A stretch of DNA of 59,908 bases, the filler included, from Nemertoderma westbladi (Eukaryota; Animalia; Xenacoelomorpha), in the NCBI GenBank assembly GCA_032718475.1. It is 3 parts of 3 records of this genome, joined end to end, with 100 filler letters (N's around TTAATTAATTAA, not from the genome) between each part and the next. Parts side by side here need not be neighbours in the genome. Positions count along the whole stretch, not along the records: positions 26,357 to 53,051 come from JAUCBJ010002242.1; 2 more parts are not named here. The stretch is one strand, 5' to 3'. The notes under the pieces were generated by a model. The model saw only the letters and a program-made list of their open reading frames with translations. It made no database searches and was not told where the DNA came from. The position numbers and the translations under genes are program-made. Positions within the stretch are counted from its first letter, which is position 1. Every line of letters starts with the position of its first letter. Of the stretch, positions 27,335-39,905 are shown in pieces.

Positions 27335-27505
27335 GCTTGGCGGCCTCATGGAGCGATAAGCATGGTGGACAGCCCATGAATTTCTTGAGACGCATCTTAA
27401 AGGACACTGGCCTTGAAGATGCGGATGAAATAGCAAATGTCATGGATGAGAGTGAGTTGTGGCGGTGCAATTTTGTGGACAAGCCGGCACAGCATTCTTA
27501 ATATA
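27335..27505 (+). mobile_element. RTE LINE 3' fragment
   Basis: High similarity to 10945-11122 (CATGGTGGACAGCCCATGA..AAGGACACTGGCCTTGAAGATGCGGA..CACAGCATTCTTAA). Confidence 0.85.
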
Positions 27506-27514
27506 CAGTATGTA

Positions 27515-29835
27515 TGTAGATAGATAGATTTATTTATACATTATGTAAAAACAATAACAAATACACCAAACAATGTACCGGTATAAAGGTATTGTCCAAC
27601 ATAACATATAGGATTACCCCTAAAGCTTTGCAGCTTATTTCCAAGGGGGTCCTTTATGTTACTTGACTTGGTTACAAATACAATATAAAAATTCGCTAAC
27701 CTAAAACCAATATAAAACGTAATTACACTATGTACATGTACAACTTTACCGAGAGCGTGACAATGTCAAGTTTGGGGTAAATCCATAACGGACAATACTA
27801 AACAACTAGTACCCAGTTACACCAGATCAAAATTTAGACATAGAAGGAGGAGGAGGCGAAAAGTTTATGATGTTGTTTCAATAACAAACATTTTTAAATT
27901 GCACAAACACCAACAGAAAATTATTTCAATAATTCAACATCGCGATCTTAATTTTTCACCACCTACACTTAATCACATTTTTACTCAACAAGTAGCTATC
28001 CTCTCCTTTAAGTCTATCCGTAATATAACCCCCCATGGGATATTGCCCGACCTATTAACACCCGTTTCAAATGTACACACCCATGAGACAAGATCCTCAC
28101 AATCTCAAAATGCGTTCCGTCTACGAAATTGGCTAAAAATCCAAACTCAATCTATTTACTCTCTAGCACCAGTAATTTGGAATGGTCTACCTCTTGCAGT
28201 GCGACAGTCTAGCGGATTATTACAATTTAAGTACAAATTAAATAATTTCTTAAGGGGTACTACATAACTACAACGTAAGTATCAATTTCACTTGTTTTCT
28301 ATAATTATTCCGCTAGTTATTGTTATCATTTAGTTATTATAATTTTCCCTTGTTTTCTATATTCTGATAGTTATTGTTATCATTTAGTTATTATAATTTT
28401 CACTTGTTTTCTATATTCTGCTAGTTATTGTTATTCTATGTATCAATAATAAATTTAAACATATTAATGTACGTATTATAATTAGTTTTGTCGCAAAGTA
28501 AGCTTTTTGTAGGCCCATTTTAAGAATTGTATAATGTTACTGTATGTATATTGTTTGTTTGTTTAAACTGGTGTCTGAAATAATGGGATCCTCCGTGCAG
28601 GCACCAGCCACGCAAATCTAATTCAATTATTTTAAATTCACAATGTAATTAAATACTATATTATTAATAATAATAGCTTGTTTCTATCAGTTCATATTAT
28701 TGTGTTGTGCATGCATTATTATGTCATTTAATATCAATATTTGTGTGGGAATAGTTTAATAAAAGTTAAAGTTAAACGTTAAAGTTAAATGTCCGACTCA
28801 ACGATAAAGATGTAATGTACAGAACAATTTATTATAAAACGTAATTACAGTATAAATAGTAAATAATTAATAAACTAATAACTTACTGTAAGACTATTGT
28901 ACCTATTTTTACATTGCACACCGAGGTGAGATTTAACTGCAGATTTAAAAGAATGTTGATTATCTAGGTTTTTAATTTCATTAGGCAGAGCGTTCCAATT
29001 TTTAATGCCGTTAAAAAAGAAAGTATCAGATTCAAAGGATTTACAATTCGGGAGGTATAAGTTTGAAGCACTAGCTCTGGTACTGTAAGAGTGTGTATCG
29101 CGTACTCTGTTGAATTTTTGTTTTAGGTAATTGGGATATTTGCCATTATACACTTTATGCACATGGTTAAGGCGTAGCTGCTTAACTCTACTATCTAAGT
29201 TAAGCAGTCCAGAATCAGAAAAGTCATCTGGAGTTAGGTGGTGCCTAGGTTTGTAGTCTTTAATAAATCGTACTACTTTATTCTGAGCTACTTGTAATTT
29301 ACATTTAAGCTGTTTGGTTAAGCCTTCATACCAAGAAGAGCACGCATAGTCCATGTGACACTGTATTAAAGAAGAGCAAAGTAACTTGCGGGAGTCGGTA
29401 TTTAAACTATTTTTATTTCTGTATAGAAACCTAAGCCTACTGTTAACTTTCGAGAAAATATTTTTCACTGTACTTTCTCCTGATAAGCAGTTATCCAATG
29501 TGGCGCCTAAATATTTAACTTCCTTTTTATTTTCAATCTTATGTCCATTACTAGTGACTTCAAACTTAGTTACCTTCTTTAACTTTCTTTTGGAACCAAA
29601 CAAAATACTTTCAGTCTTACCGTAGTGAATGGATAGCTTATTATCAACCAACCACTCATTACAGGATTCTAGAACTGCACTTAACTTTTGGGAAATACGG
29701 ATAGGATCTTTATGAGAGAAAATAAGAGCACTGTCGTCGGCATATAAAATGAGTTTAAAATCGGGATCTATACTACTTATCATATCATTTACATAGCATA
29801 CAAAAAGAAGAGGACCTAATATACTACCTTGCGGA
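27515..29835 (-). mobile_element. 5'-truncated L2-group (Crack/Daphne-like) LINE with an interrupted 3' UTR
   Basis: ORF 28875-~29835 has PQGSILGPLLF, LYADDS, WLVDNKLS, KTESILFG, KYLG, DYACSSWY and WNALP. The 3' end AGGACCCCCTTGGAAATAAG..AAATAAATCTATCTA lies at ~27515-27655. Confidence 0.85.
27880..28789 (+). mobile_element. CR1/L2 3' fragment inserted in the preceding LINE's 3' UTR
   Basis: Peptide VHTHETRSS..APVIWNGLPLAVRQ..FKYKL. Includes a ~44-bp triplicate at 28290-28435 and an (AAGTTA)n tail at ~28760-28789. Confidence 0.7.
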
Positions 29836-29936
29836 ATTATGTAATATACATAATGCAGCTGCAATGCAGTATGCCGATCGTAGTAGTAGTAGCAATGTAC
29901 AAACAAAACACATCAGGCCGCGCGCGCATCATACAT

Positions 29937-30578
29937 ACTACTACTAGTATCGGCATTGCAGCTGCATTTTTAAGAATGCTGTCGGCAGCCGGAGGCAGTC
30001 GGTCAGGAGATAACTGACGCCTGTGAGGCCGATTGTGTCCGGTAATTCCACTGGCCTCTAGTGGCCGGACCTCCGCATTACTAATGTAATCCATAGTGGG
30101 GGGTTGGGGGGTGCTTTTTTGCCGAGTCAGCTCTCGGGGCAAATACCACACCCCGGTTTGCCGTTCCACAGGGTGGGTGTCGCAGTGGAGTTAGATATGA
30201 GGCCCATCACCCATATCTACTCTGGCGCACATGACCCACCATTGGCTGTGCAGCTCATCTGCTGGGTCATGCCCTGTACCCCAGCTGCCAGGTGCAGGGC
30301 GCAGTGAAGTGCACTCAGAGTGGACATGAGAACACTCTACTCCTGACCAGCCATTGGTAGATCACCATCTGCCTGGCCAGGCCATATACCCCTGCAGCCA
30401 AGTATATGGGTCCTTAATCGAGGACCAACGGCGTCCTTATCCCAGAACGAAGGTGGTCCTAGTTACAGGACCAGATTTGCCCTAGTAAGAGGGTCTATGC
30501 AGCTACAGGTGGCACCTCCTTTATGCTGCATGGAGGTGGCAAGTTTTCTTGATCAATGACCTAGAATACCTGACCTGA
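29937..30578 (-). mobile_element. Internally deleted (bipartite) non-autonomous RTE: 5' UTR and ORF start fused to the 3' tail
   Basis: GC-rich leader, then ATG GAT TAC (MDYISNAEV..), joined to ACAGCATTCTTAAAAATGCAGCTGCAATGCCGATAC(TAG)n. Flanked by identical 63-bp direct repeats at 29874-29936 and 30579-30641. Confidence 0.8.
30473..30531 (-). ncRNA. HDV-like ribozyme candidate in the RTE 5' UTR
   Basis: P1 ATGCAGC/GCTGCAT, P3 TGC/GTA, possible P1.1 CT/AG, P4 CCCT/AGGG and J4/2 CAAA occur in the expected order. P2 is only ~3 bp. Confidence 0.4.
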
Positions 30579-31074
30579 CCGATCGTAGTAGTAGTAGCAA
30601 TGTACAAACAAAACACATCAGGCCGCGCGCGCATCATACATTGTTTTAGATTGAAAGAGTTCTGATAACTTTACTAAGCTAAATTGACTAACTGTTAGTA
30701 TCATAGCCAAAGTACAAAAAAAAACATAATATTCTTGATTGTCTTAAAGGATCGGTTAGATGGCAATCAGAACGTGTAACTGAGATTGTATGTTGCAGTA
30801 CTGCAGTTACAGAACCTATCATTATCCTCAGCCTATAAAATATAGGACGAAAAATAGCTTGAGGTTGTTAAATTCAAAATCTCAATCTATAGCTTAAACT
30901 AAAATATTTATGGTTTGTGTTTTTGTTGTTATTGTTTGTAAACAGCTGCGCATGCGCATATTATAATTTCTGAGTCCTATTTAAATTCGATAAATTAATA
31001 GCCAACTGTTATACTGAAAAACAAGCAAGCATGCGGCCGAATCCTGAGGCCACCGAAAGGCTCCTCTTTTTATA

Positions 31075-31205
31075 GTTGCTACGCAGGTAGGGGTGGACTC
31101 CTAGACTTAGTTTTGCTCCCAGTAACTTAACTGGTCCTCTTTTTATCGTCCCCAGTGGATGAAATGTTGAGTGGACCCTGGCCTGGCGGGGCTGAACTTA
31201 CAACC
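31075..31205 (-). mobile_element. SINE fragment with a conserved central domain
   Basis: Minus strand GTCCACTCAACATTTCATCC..GGGGACGATAAAAAGAGGACCAG, similar to the domain at 1310-1345. Confidence 0.45.
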
Positions 31206-31269
31206 AATAGAATGTAAACCAACAGAGCTACCCCGCCCTTGTTATACTGTACAATGTGCATTATATTGA

Positions 31270-31405
31270 AATAGGGTACGCATGTATTACCACTGCATTT
31301 TATTGAAATAGGGCACGCATGTATTACCACTGCGTTATATGGGCACGCATGTATTACCACTGTTTTTTAGTGAAATATGGCACGCATGTATTACCACTGC
31401 GTTAT
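31270..31405. repeat. Short tandem repeat, 4 copies
   Basis: GG(C/T)ACGCATGTATTACCACTG core repeated with 28-37 bp spacing. Confidence 0.85.
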
Positions 31406-32999
31406 GTTGTATCACTTTTTATCCATATCGGAACTGTATTTGTACTAACCTTCACTAAAGAATTCATAATGATTAGCCCAAGAGCAATGATTAAATGCAG
31501 AGTTGTTCTGTTCATATTGAAAAAAATAACCCAAAGAAAATAAATAATGTATTCAAAAAAGAATAACAGGAATATATTTATTATATTCTTAAAACTTTGT
31601 AGCAATTATATCATTGAAATTACAACATGAAGACGGTTTTATTCTTATTGTCAGTAAGGTTTCATAACTTTACCAACTTTACGGAGTATGATAGGAGGAA
31701 TGGGAGGGTGGTGCGTTAGAGTACCACGGAAACATGCATTGTATGTGTCCAATCAGGAGGTCCATTTGCCAGGCCAATTCCTTGACATGGTTAGAGATGG
31801 TGTGTGAAGGCTGTCCCCTCTGAACTCTCCATGGGATGTGTTCTGCCCCTGGCTCAAGATTATGTCTTTCCATATTTATGTTGGTAGGTTTGGCAAATTT
31901 GATATGACGGTCAATAATTTTTGTAAAATTATAATTAGTGGCATTTTTATCTTCAGTAATCGACGCAAAGCCCTTGAGGGTGTTAATCTGAGATTGGTAG
32001 GGTTAAAGGGAAATGGAAATTCGTAAGTTTATCTAGTGTTGTTATGCCCGTAAGAGGTTACCATCCTATCCTACAACAACCCTCTAGCAAAACTTCATGA
32101 CTTACCCCAAGAGAGATGACATGAACTGATCGACTGTACTATATATAGTGCAGTGCACTATGGTGCAATGCCGGTAGACCTAGAAATAAAGCCGTACTAC
32201 ATTCTCGAGTCGATTGTCCTTGAGAACCCAGCAAAGGAAATTTATTGACTGGACACCATCTGCTTAAGCCAGGTGAGGTTGCCATAGGGACAAGGTTGCG
32301 GACTAGCTGATCCTCCCAGTAATAATAGTGAATAGCTAGCCATAAGCTTTATTCCAAGGTAGGGCTGGAGGGTTTTGGCAATGAGGTGACACGGCCACCA
32401 TAATTGTATAGCTCCTAATTGATTAAATGCAAGGCATATCCAACATTGTGCACCCTGCATAATATTATATTATCTACCAGGGAACTCATGGAGAAATTTA
32501 CACATATTAACTACACATACGTATTTGCGTCCCACGGTCCTAGTTTGGAAACAAATACTTAAAGCTCTAACACCAGAATCTTACTTAACAAAAGTTATAA
32601 AAATCTCGTAGACTTACAATCTTCCAAATTAAAATATCAAGAAGTCGATCGAATAACCAATGGAAGGCCTACTTTGAGGAGACACTCTTACTGCTGGTGC
32701 ATTATAATCAGGGTGATCAGGTGACACTACCTGAAAACAAATGATCTAAGCGGAAAAAGTAAATATATCACCCTAATTTGGAAACTATCCAACATCTTAA
32801 TTTGGATATATCCATAGGGAATCAGTCAGATCTCAAACCAAGAATAAAGCGAATGAAGCTCAATATCAACAGTGATTACCGAGATCAGGAGGAAAGGGAG
32901 ATATTACAATGAATCCCACAGTATGTGGCATATTTGTTTAAATCCATTGGAATTTATGATGTACATAATAAATTATTTATGCAAAATAAAGCTTTCTCT

Positions 33000-33500
33000 T
33001 ATCTGTCTTTCCAGGGTCTGGAAGTCACAAAGAAAATGTCGGAATCTTAGGTCCGATTATTTAGAGCAGCAGTAATACCAGTACTCCTCTATGGGAGTCC
33101 CTGCTGGGCTCTAACTGTTGAAGACACCAAATATCTGGAGGGCACATTCAGGAGAATGCTACGTCGGGGTCAATACCAGTACTCCTCTATGGGAGTCCCT
33201 GCTGGGCTCTAACTGTTGAAGACACCAAATATCTGGAGGGCACATTCAGGAGAATGCTACGTCGGGGTCACTGTGTCAAGTACAATGCACACATCTCCAA
33301 CCAGACAGTATATAACATTGTAGGTGTCTCATTGGTTCCCCCAAGCTTGACACTTGAACAAAGCCGCCTCCGTTTTGCAGGATATTGCTTTCGCCATGAG
33401 GACCACCCCGTACAAGCTATTGTGCTTTGGTGACCCCATGGATAATTTGGTGACCCCAGAGAATAAGATGGGCATCCCATTAATTTCTTGAGGCGCCACT
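33000..33500 (+). mobile_element. RTE LINE 3' fragment with an exact internal 98-bp tandem duplication
   Basis: Encodes FRAAVIPVLLYGSPCWALTVEDTKYLEGTFRRMLRR; 33074-33171 is repeated at 33172-33269. Homologous to 39450-39900. Confidence 0.85.
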
Positions 33501-34644
33501 AAGTCAGCACTGCATCTCAATGTGTAGTTAGTTATCTTATCTAATATGCAATGCTATGCTGGATAGGATCATCCTTTACTTTTTAATTTCTTAGTTATAT
33601 TTCAATAATAAAAAACTCTTAAATTGAATATATACAACAAAGATATTAGTTACTTTTATTGCTACAGCACTGTATGTAACTAATTTATACCATCATTAAT
33701 AACTCAAAAAATACCCTTCTGCTTCTTTGGATAATTTAATTACTCTACTTTAAGCAACAAGGTGTTTCATTAATGATGGTTGGTGATGTTTAATGTATGA
33801 TGTAGGGTTGATGATGGAACTATTGCTTATTTATAGTAACAAGTGCAATTAAGTTATATTTTACGCATCTCAACTGCTATTGAGGGGTCTTTAAATGTGA
33901 CATGTTTTACTGAGGCGTCAGCATAGTAGATGAATTTTATTGTGTTTACTTGTCATAGTTAATGATGATAATATTTTGTTAGTCAGCAGCACAAGATTAG
34001 GCGGTGGCTGTTGCAATGTATGAAACACAAAACATAACGAACAACGAAAAAGTATGTGCACTTAAATCGGCCATGACATACTGGTAGGTAAAATTCAGCA
34101 AGGCATTCAGCCTAAGGGGATTTGATCTATATCCATAATATCAGTTCTTATCAGTATCTGGACCTCTCTGACAGGCCAGTTGAGTGGTCCATTTATTTTT
34201 CAAGCGCAGTGCGCACTATTGCCCCCCCACCCCTCATGAAAAATTGTAATGCACCTAGCATAGTATGTTTCACTTCATCCAAGTACAACACTTGGATTTC
34301 TTCATTGACTCTCATTGTATATGAATGGCTGAGTTAATGTACCTTTTTCTAATACAGGTTAATTTGTTATGTAGAATGTCTATGGAGTTCAAATAATTTA
34401 ACTCATATTAACATCTGCTAAAGGGGGGCAAAGGTGGATTGACTACTAGGTGAATGGATTGGTAGGTAAATAATGCTAAAGGAATATATATCATTTGGTG
34501 TATACTGACTATGGAGTTCGGTCACGGTCGAGTTTGTGAACGTCGTTCATCACACTGCGCAATGGTGTATCTTGGGGAATCTTTATGTAATGGAAAATAA
34601 TTGGTAGGTTAATCGGTATCTCTATTTATTTCAATATCATATAT

Positions 34645-36250
34645 TGATGCGAGTAAACTCCATGGTTTGGGTTATAACCTGATGCAGAAACAGGACAACA
34701 AGTGGAAACTGATAACTCTGTGGCAGCAGATTTCTCTCTGACCCAGAAACGAGATACGCTGAAATCGAACTCGAGGCTATAGCCATTAAATATCTATCTA
34801 TATCTGGCAGGCCTGAATCACGTTATGGTTGCAATGGACCTCTTATATAGATCTTTAATAAACACTCATTGAACCAAGTGGAGAACTCTGAAAAGCTTCA
34901 ATGCATAAAATCTGAACTCCAATCAAACTATCAGTTTACCATCGAATGGCATTGCGGTGGTAGAAATAGAATTGCTGATTGTTTATCCAGATCCCCCATT
35001 GATAATCCAGATCCAGAAGAAACCAGCGAGGAAATTTCAAACTCCATTCGTTTAGCATCTATAATCCCACAGGAAAATGCCAACAATGATATGCTAATTC
35101 AAGAGATGCAAGAACCAGCTTTACACGATGTTGAGTATAAAGAGTTACTAGATGAGATACGCTATGATTTTGGCGGAATTAATAAGACTGGAAAATTCGC
35201 TCATCCATTTAATTCACTCAAACAACATTAATCTAGTGGAATGACATCAGACATAGAGCACATGGTACAGTGGTGTAACCTGTGCTAGGAAAGGCTACCA
35301 CCCCCCCCCCCCCAAAGGAAACTATAATGTGTGACAACGAACCAACCTATCCATTCGAATATGCATCCACAGATCTCTGGTATCCATCCCATCATTATCC
35401 AATGGTGACACGAACCATCATCGAAATAGGTAACAATCAGCTGTCATTGCAAAAATGTTCAGCGACTTCGGTGTTCCAGTTAAACTTCGTACTGACGTTG
35501 GACCACCGTTCAGAGTAGGAAACTTAAAGAAATTCCTTAAACATTGGGGGGTACTGTGGTCACTGAGTTCCCCGCACTTCCCTTCGAGCAATGGGCATCG
35601 TTAAAAAAAATGCTCACAAAGATGAAAACGCCCAATGTCCAAATAGAGGAATTCTATGAGGCCATAATAGAACACCACTCTAGTAAATTTATGTTCACCA
35701 AATGAAATTATCTTCAGAAGAACCCTCCACTCTCGATTACTGGCTCATCACATGGTATCCAACGCACCGTGGCAGAAACTAGCCGATGATATAGACTCTA
35801 AACACGCCTCAATTCGCGAAAAGGCAACCGAATACTACAACTCAGATAGTCGGGACCTAAAGAAACTAAATATTGGAGATAAAGTTAGAATCCAAAATCC
35901 CAAGTCAAAACAGTGGGATCGTTTGGGAGTTGTAGTGAGCGCCGCAAAATGCCATTATCAAGTAAAACTTGATTCCGGACAAACTTGGTGGAGAAACCGT
36001 AGATTCATCCACTTATTTCATGAGGTAGTGGATTTAGACAATAATCACGAAGAAAACTATGTACCCTGCAACTCACCGGAAATACTCAGACACACCAACT
36101 GTGTTCAAAAGAAGCCAGTAAGATTTGGCGAGACTATAATCCACCATACTTAGATCCCAAGCTGTTCACGCTGGAACTTTCAAGGGGCTGTGAAAAATAT
36201 TTAACCTCATTTTGAAAGCATTTTAGTAAACCCAAAACACTTAGGGGAGT
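34645..36250 (+). mobile_element. Degraded Ty3/Gypsy pol (RNase H and integrase) ending at a polypurine tract
   Basis: Peptides DASKLHGLGY, GSRFLSDPETRYAEIELE, NRIADCLSRSP, FGVPVKLRTD.GP, SSPHFPSSNG and L..GDKVRIQ..W..WWRNRRF. PPT-like TTAGGGGAG at ~36241. Many frameshifts. Confidence 0.85.
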
Positions 36251-38359
36251 TGGTGTGTTTTGCGTAGTAGAATTTAATTTTACATCAGCTGGGGTAGTAA
36301 GGTAATATAAATATAGACTTACTGCTGTACTGCAGTATTCATGTTAGCTAGGCGCAGTATTTTAGCTAGGCCTAGACAAATATACATGGACCTGTTGTCC
36401 TTTTAATAATGACAATGGAATAGATAAAGATACCGATTAACCTACCCCTTATTTTCCATTACAAAAAGATACCCTGAGATACACCAACATTCAGTTAACC
36501 CAATTGATTTGCATCACCAATTTATCAATTTAGATTTTTATAGACAGAGTCTTGCTGAAGAGTGCACCTCTGTACCTAGCCTTCGCTTAAATACTATAAG
36601 CAGTATCATTTAGCTAATGGCAGTGGCGGTTGCTGCAAACTGACAAGATGACAATTATCACATATGAAGTAAAGAGCAGAATTCCGACATCACTGCATGT
36701 TGTTAAATCTTATATAATTTTTGTACTGTGTGTTTGCTCTAGCAATCTACCAGTTTTCCATTGGTAACATGTTTACTTACCATAGGCATATAGGGTTCCA
36801 ATGTTCTGAGTTCTGACGTCTGTTTGGGCTAGGTGGTAACTGAGTTGATGGTGCGATTAATTTAGGTCATTAGTGCAATATAGATAGGTTTGGCTAATTC
36901 CCTGTCCAGCTGACGAGGTGTCGAGGATTAGCGAGTACTGGTCCAAGACACTGAAACGCAACCATATTTTTCACAAATGAATTATTTTTGCCCTAGTCCT
37001 ACCCCTTTCACGGTGACGAAATTGTCTATATTTTATTATAGAATATAGGCTTAGCTTTCGTGCAGTTTATTACCGGTATCATGTTATTATGTTATTTTTG
37101 TTTGTTTTGTTTGTGTCCTTTGTTGACCCTAGGGGCTGAGAAGTATTTTGGGCTTAATGTCCTGATTCTATATTTTTTGTAGTTTAAGGGGTGTAAGACT
37201 GTGTGTTTACCTTTAAGTTAATATATACACCGACTGGAGTCACACTATAAACTACTGGAGTATATTAGCACCTACTATGCGCCTACTCGCCTTGCACTCT
37301 GTCTCTAATATATAATGATTATAATGCTAATGCTAATTTGTAATGAATAATGTGAATTATTGGCTGTTTTCCAAAAATATTAAAACAGGATTTTTGTGCA
37401 GAAGTGGAAAAGTCTGTGAAAGACTGTTTAGTATATATTCATTAATTCATTTAATAAAAATCTAATTAAGTTGACATAAATAAAATTGCACAAATTGCAA
37501 GGTTAATGATTCATTAATGATAAAGGGTCTAAACAAGATAGGTTAAATTCGTTACACCCAGCAATTGGTTATACGTTATTAACAATTATGTTTAAAAATC
37601 ACTAAATTAAAATCATGCATAGAAGAATTATGTAGTTGATGTGAGTTTCACCTTATACGATGTTGAAATAGGCTAGTATACGTTCTCGCTTGGTCTCAAC
37701 TGAACATGAGAACTCAGACAGTCTAAAACGAATTATTTATTAATTTGCTCTGCCAATGTCAGGGACCCCAACCCCAGGCGTGATTGTAAGTTAGTTTTGC
37801 TATACACAGAATTAAGAGATCGCATAGAGAAACTATGCAAACATTTGTTGTGGACCCCACTCCCCATGCCCAGATAATTTATATTGTGCTCTCAATCGGT
37901 TCAGCTCTCAATGAGTTCAACAAGTTCTCAATATAAATATGTAGTTCAAGTGCGATTAAGTTAAATGAATTCAGAGTATTTCAGTGCAATCAATACACTT
38001 GATAGGCATAGACTTTATCAGAAACATTGGATGGTTCCTAAATAGCACTACTTAAACAGTGCAGCAACCAATGTTGGTGAGTTTGTGAATGATACATAAT
38101 TCTGACTGTAAATATGAATTCCTGTCAACAGGTAAACGACCGGGTGTGTTCTTGATTGGATGGCCTTGTTGGTCATGTAGAAGACCTAGGATTTTGGATT
38201 CGGAGATGTGCTGAAAACCTCCATATGCAAAAGGGTAGGTTATGGTAGGCCCGGCCCACATTGTTATTGGATAGGTTAGAATGTTCATGGTAATGGTAAC
38301 ATGGAATAATAATTCCCTGCTTCTATGGTAGCTGGCTGTGCTGGTTGGACGTCGCGAGA

Positions 38360-38660
38360 TTATCCGCATCTTCAAGGCCAGTGTCCTTTAAGGGGCGTCT
38401 CAAGAAAGTCATGGGCTGTCAACAATGCTTATTTTCTCCATAGGACTGCCAAAGCACAAGATTGTGCACAGGCTGGTCCTCACGGCGAAAGCAATGTTCT
38501 GCAAAGCATAGGCAGCTTTGTTCAAGTATCAAGTTTGGGGATCCAATGAGACGCCTCCACTGTTATAATAGTGCCTGGTTGGAGATGTGCGCATTGTACT
38601 TGACACTACTGCTACTACTACGATCGGCATGCTGCATTGCAGCTGAATTATATATATATT
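38360..38660 (-). mobile_element. RTE LINE fragment plus a separate RTE 3'-tail stub
   Basis: 38360-38605 matches the 39.5-kb copy. 38605-38660 is the reverse complement of the family 3' end with (TAG)n. Confidence 0.8.
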
Positions 38661-38664
38661 TCAT

Positions 38665-39270
38665 AGACCGACAGGGATCAACAGACAAAAAGCCTCTTGA
38701 ACATTATAACATAGGAGTAGTTCAAAGAAGGGCAAAGACTTTACACAACATACTAGCGCCTTCAAAATAATGAGAATAGTAACAATAAGCCGTATACAAC
38801 AGGGGAAGCAACAACATGCACAAGATCTACATGTTTACCATGTTGGGCAATGCTACCTATGAAGAAATTCCACTCCAATGCTAGGGATACAAATAAACAG
38901 TATACTATTAGATGTAAAATGATATGTGACAGTAACAATCTTGTGTATTTAGTAATATGCCTTAAATGCAACAAACAAGGGGTTGGCTCAGCCTTGAAAT
39001 TCAAAGCTAGGATAGGAACCTATAAATCTCATCACTAACAAAAAGACACCGAGTTGTAGAATTGATGCACATTTCACCGAATTAGAAGACCATTCGTTTG
39101 CAGATTTTAGGATCACACCAATTGAAACAGTAACTTAAAGACAAAAGTAAGAAAATGGGAGGGATACTGGCAATGTCATCTGAATACTTTAGAACCATAC
39201 GGGATGAACTCAATAAATGAAGCAGTTGTTAACTCATAGGGTCTACAAGCCTTTGATCCATCTTAAAGAC
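38665..39270 (+). mobile_element. Penelope-like element, GIY-YIG endonuclease region (disrupted)
   Basis: Peptides RAKTLHNILAPS, C..C..C, CDSNNLVYLVICLKCNKQGVGS..RIGTYKSH, HF..DHS and EGYWQCHLNTLEPYGMN, with frameshifts. Confidence 0.85.
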
Positions 39271-39402
39271 TCGTACTGTAATAACTATTTACATACTTGT
39301 GTGTAAAGTAGCACTTTACAGTGTGATGATCCGAGTGGCTTTGTTACACGAACGAACGTTAGTGAGTGAGTGAAAATAAAGCTACGAGGATCAGAACACT
39401 GT

Positions 39403-39905
39403 AACTACTACTACTACTAGGATCGGCATGCTGCATTGCAGCTGCATTTTTAAGAATGCTGTGCCAGCTTGTCGACAAAATTACGCCGCCATAACTCCCT
39501 ACCACCCATGACATTTGCTAGATTATCCACATCTTCAAGGACAGTGTCCTTTAAGATGCGTCTCAAGTTAGTCATGGGCTGTCCACCATGCTTATTCACT
39601 CCATGAGGCTGCCAAAGTACAAGATTATGCACTGGCTGGTCCTCACGGCGAAAGCAATGTCCTGCAAAGCGGAGGCGATTTTGTTCTAGTGTCAAGCTTG
39701 GGGGAACCAATGAGACACCTCCAATGTTATATAGTGTCTGGTTGGAGATGTGTGCATTGTCATTGACACAATGAACCCGGCGTAGCAATCTTATGAATGT
39801 GCCATCCAGAGATTTGGTGTCCTCAGCAGTTAGAGCCCAGCATGGACTCCCCATAGAGGAGTACTGGAACTACTGATGCTCTAAATAATCGGACATTAAG
39901 TTTCT
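39403..39905 (-). mobile_element. 5'-truncated RTE LINE with a short (TAG)n tail; best-preserved 3' copy
   Basis: ORF 39450-39854 encodes GSPCWALT..LDG..RLLRRV..RLRFAGHCFRR..LVLWQP..RELWR. Tail at 39403-39420. Confidence 0.9.
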
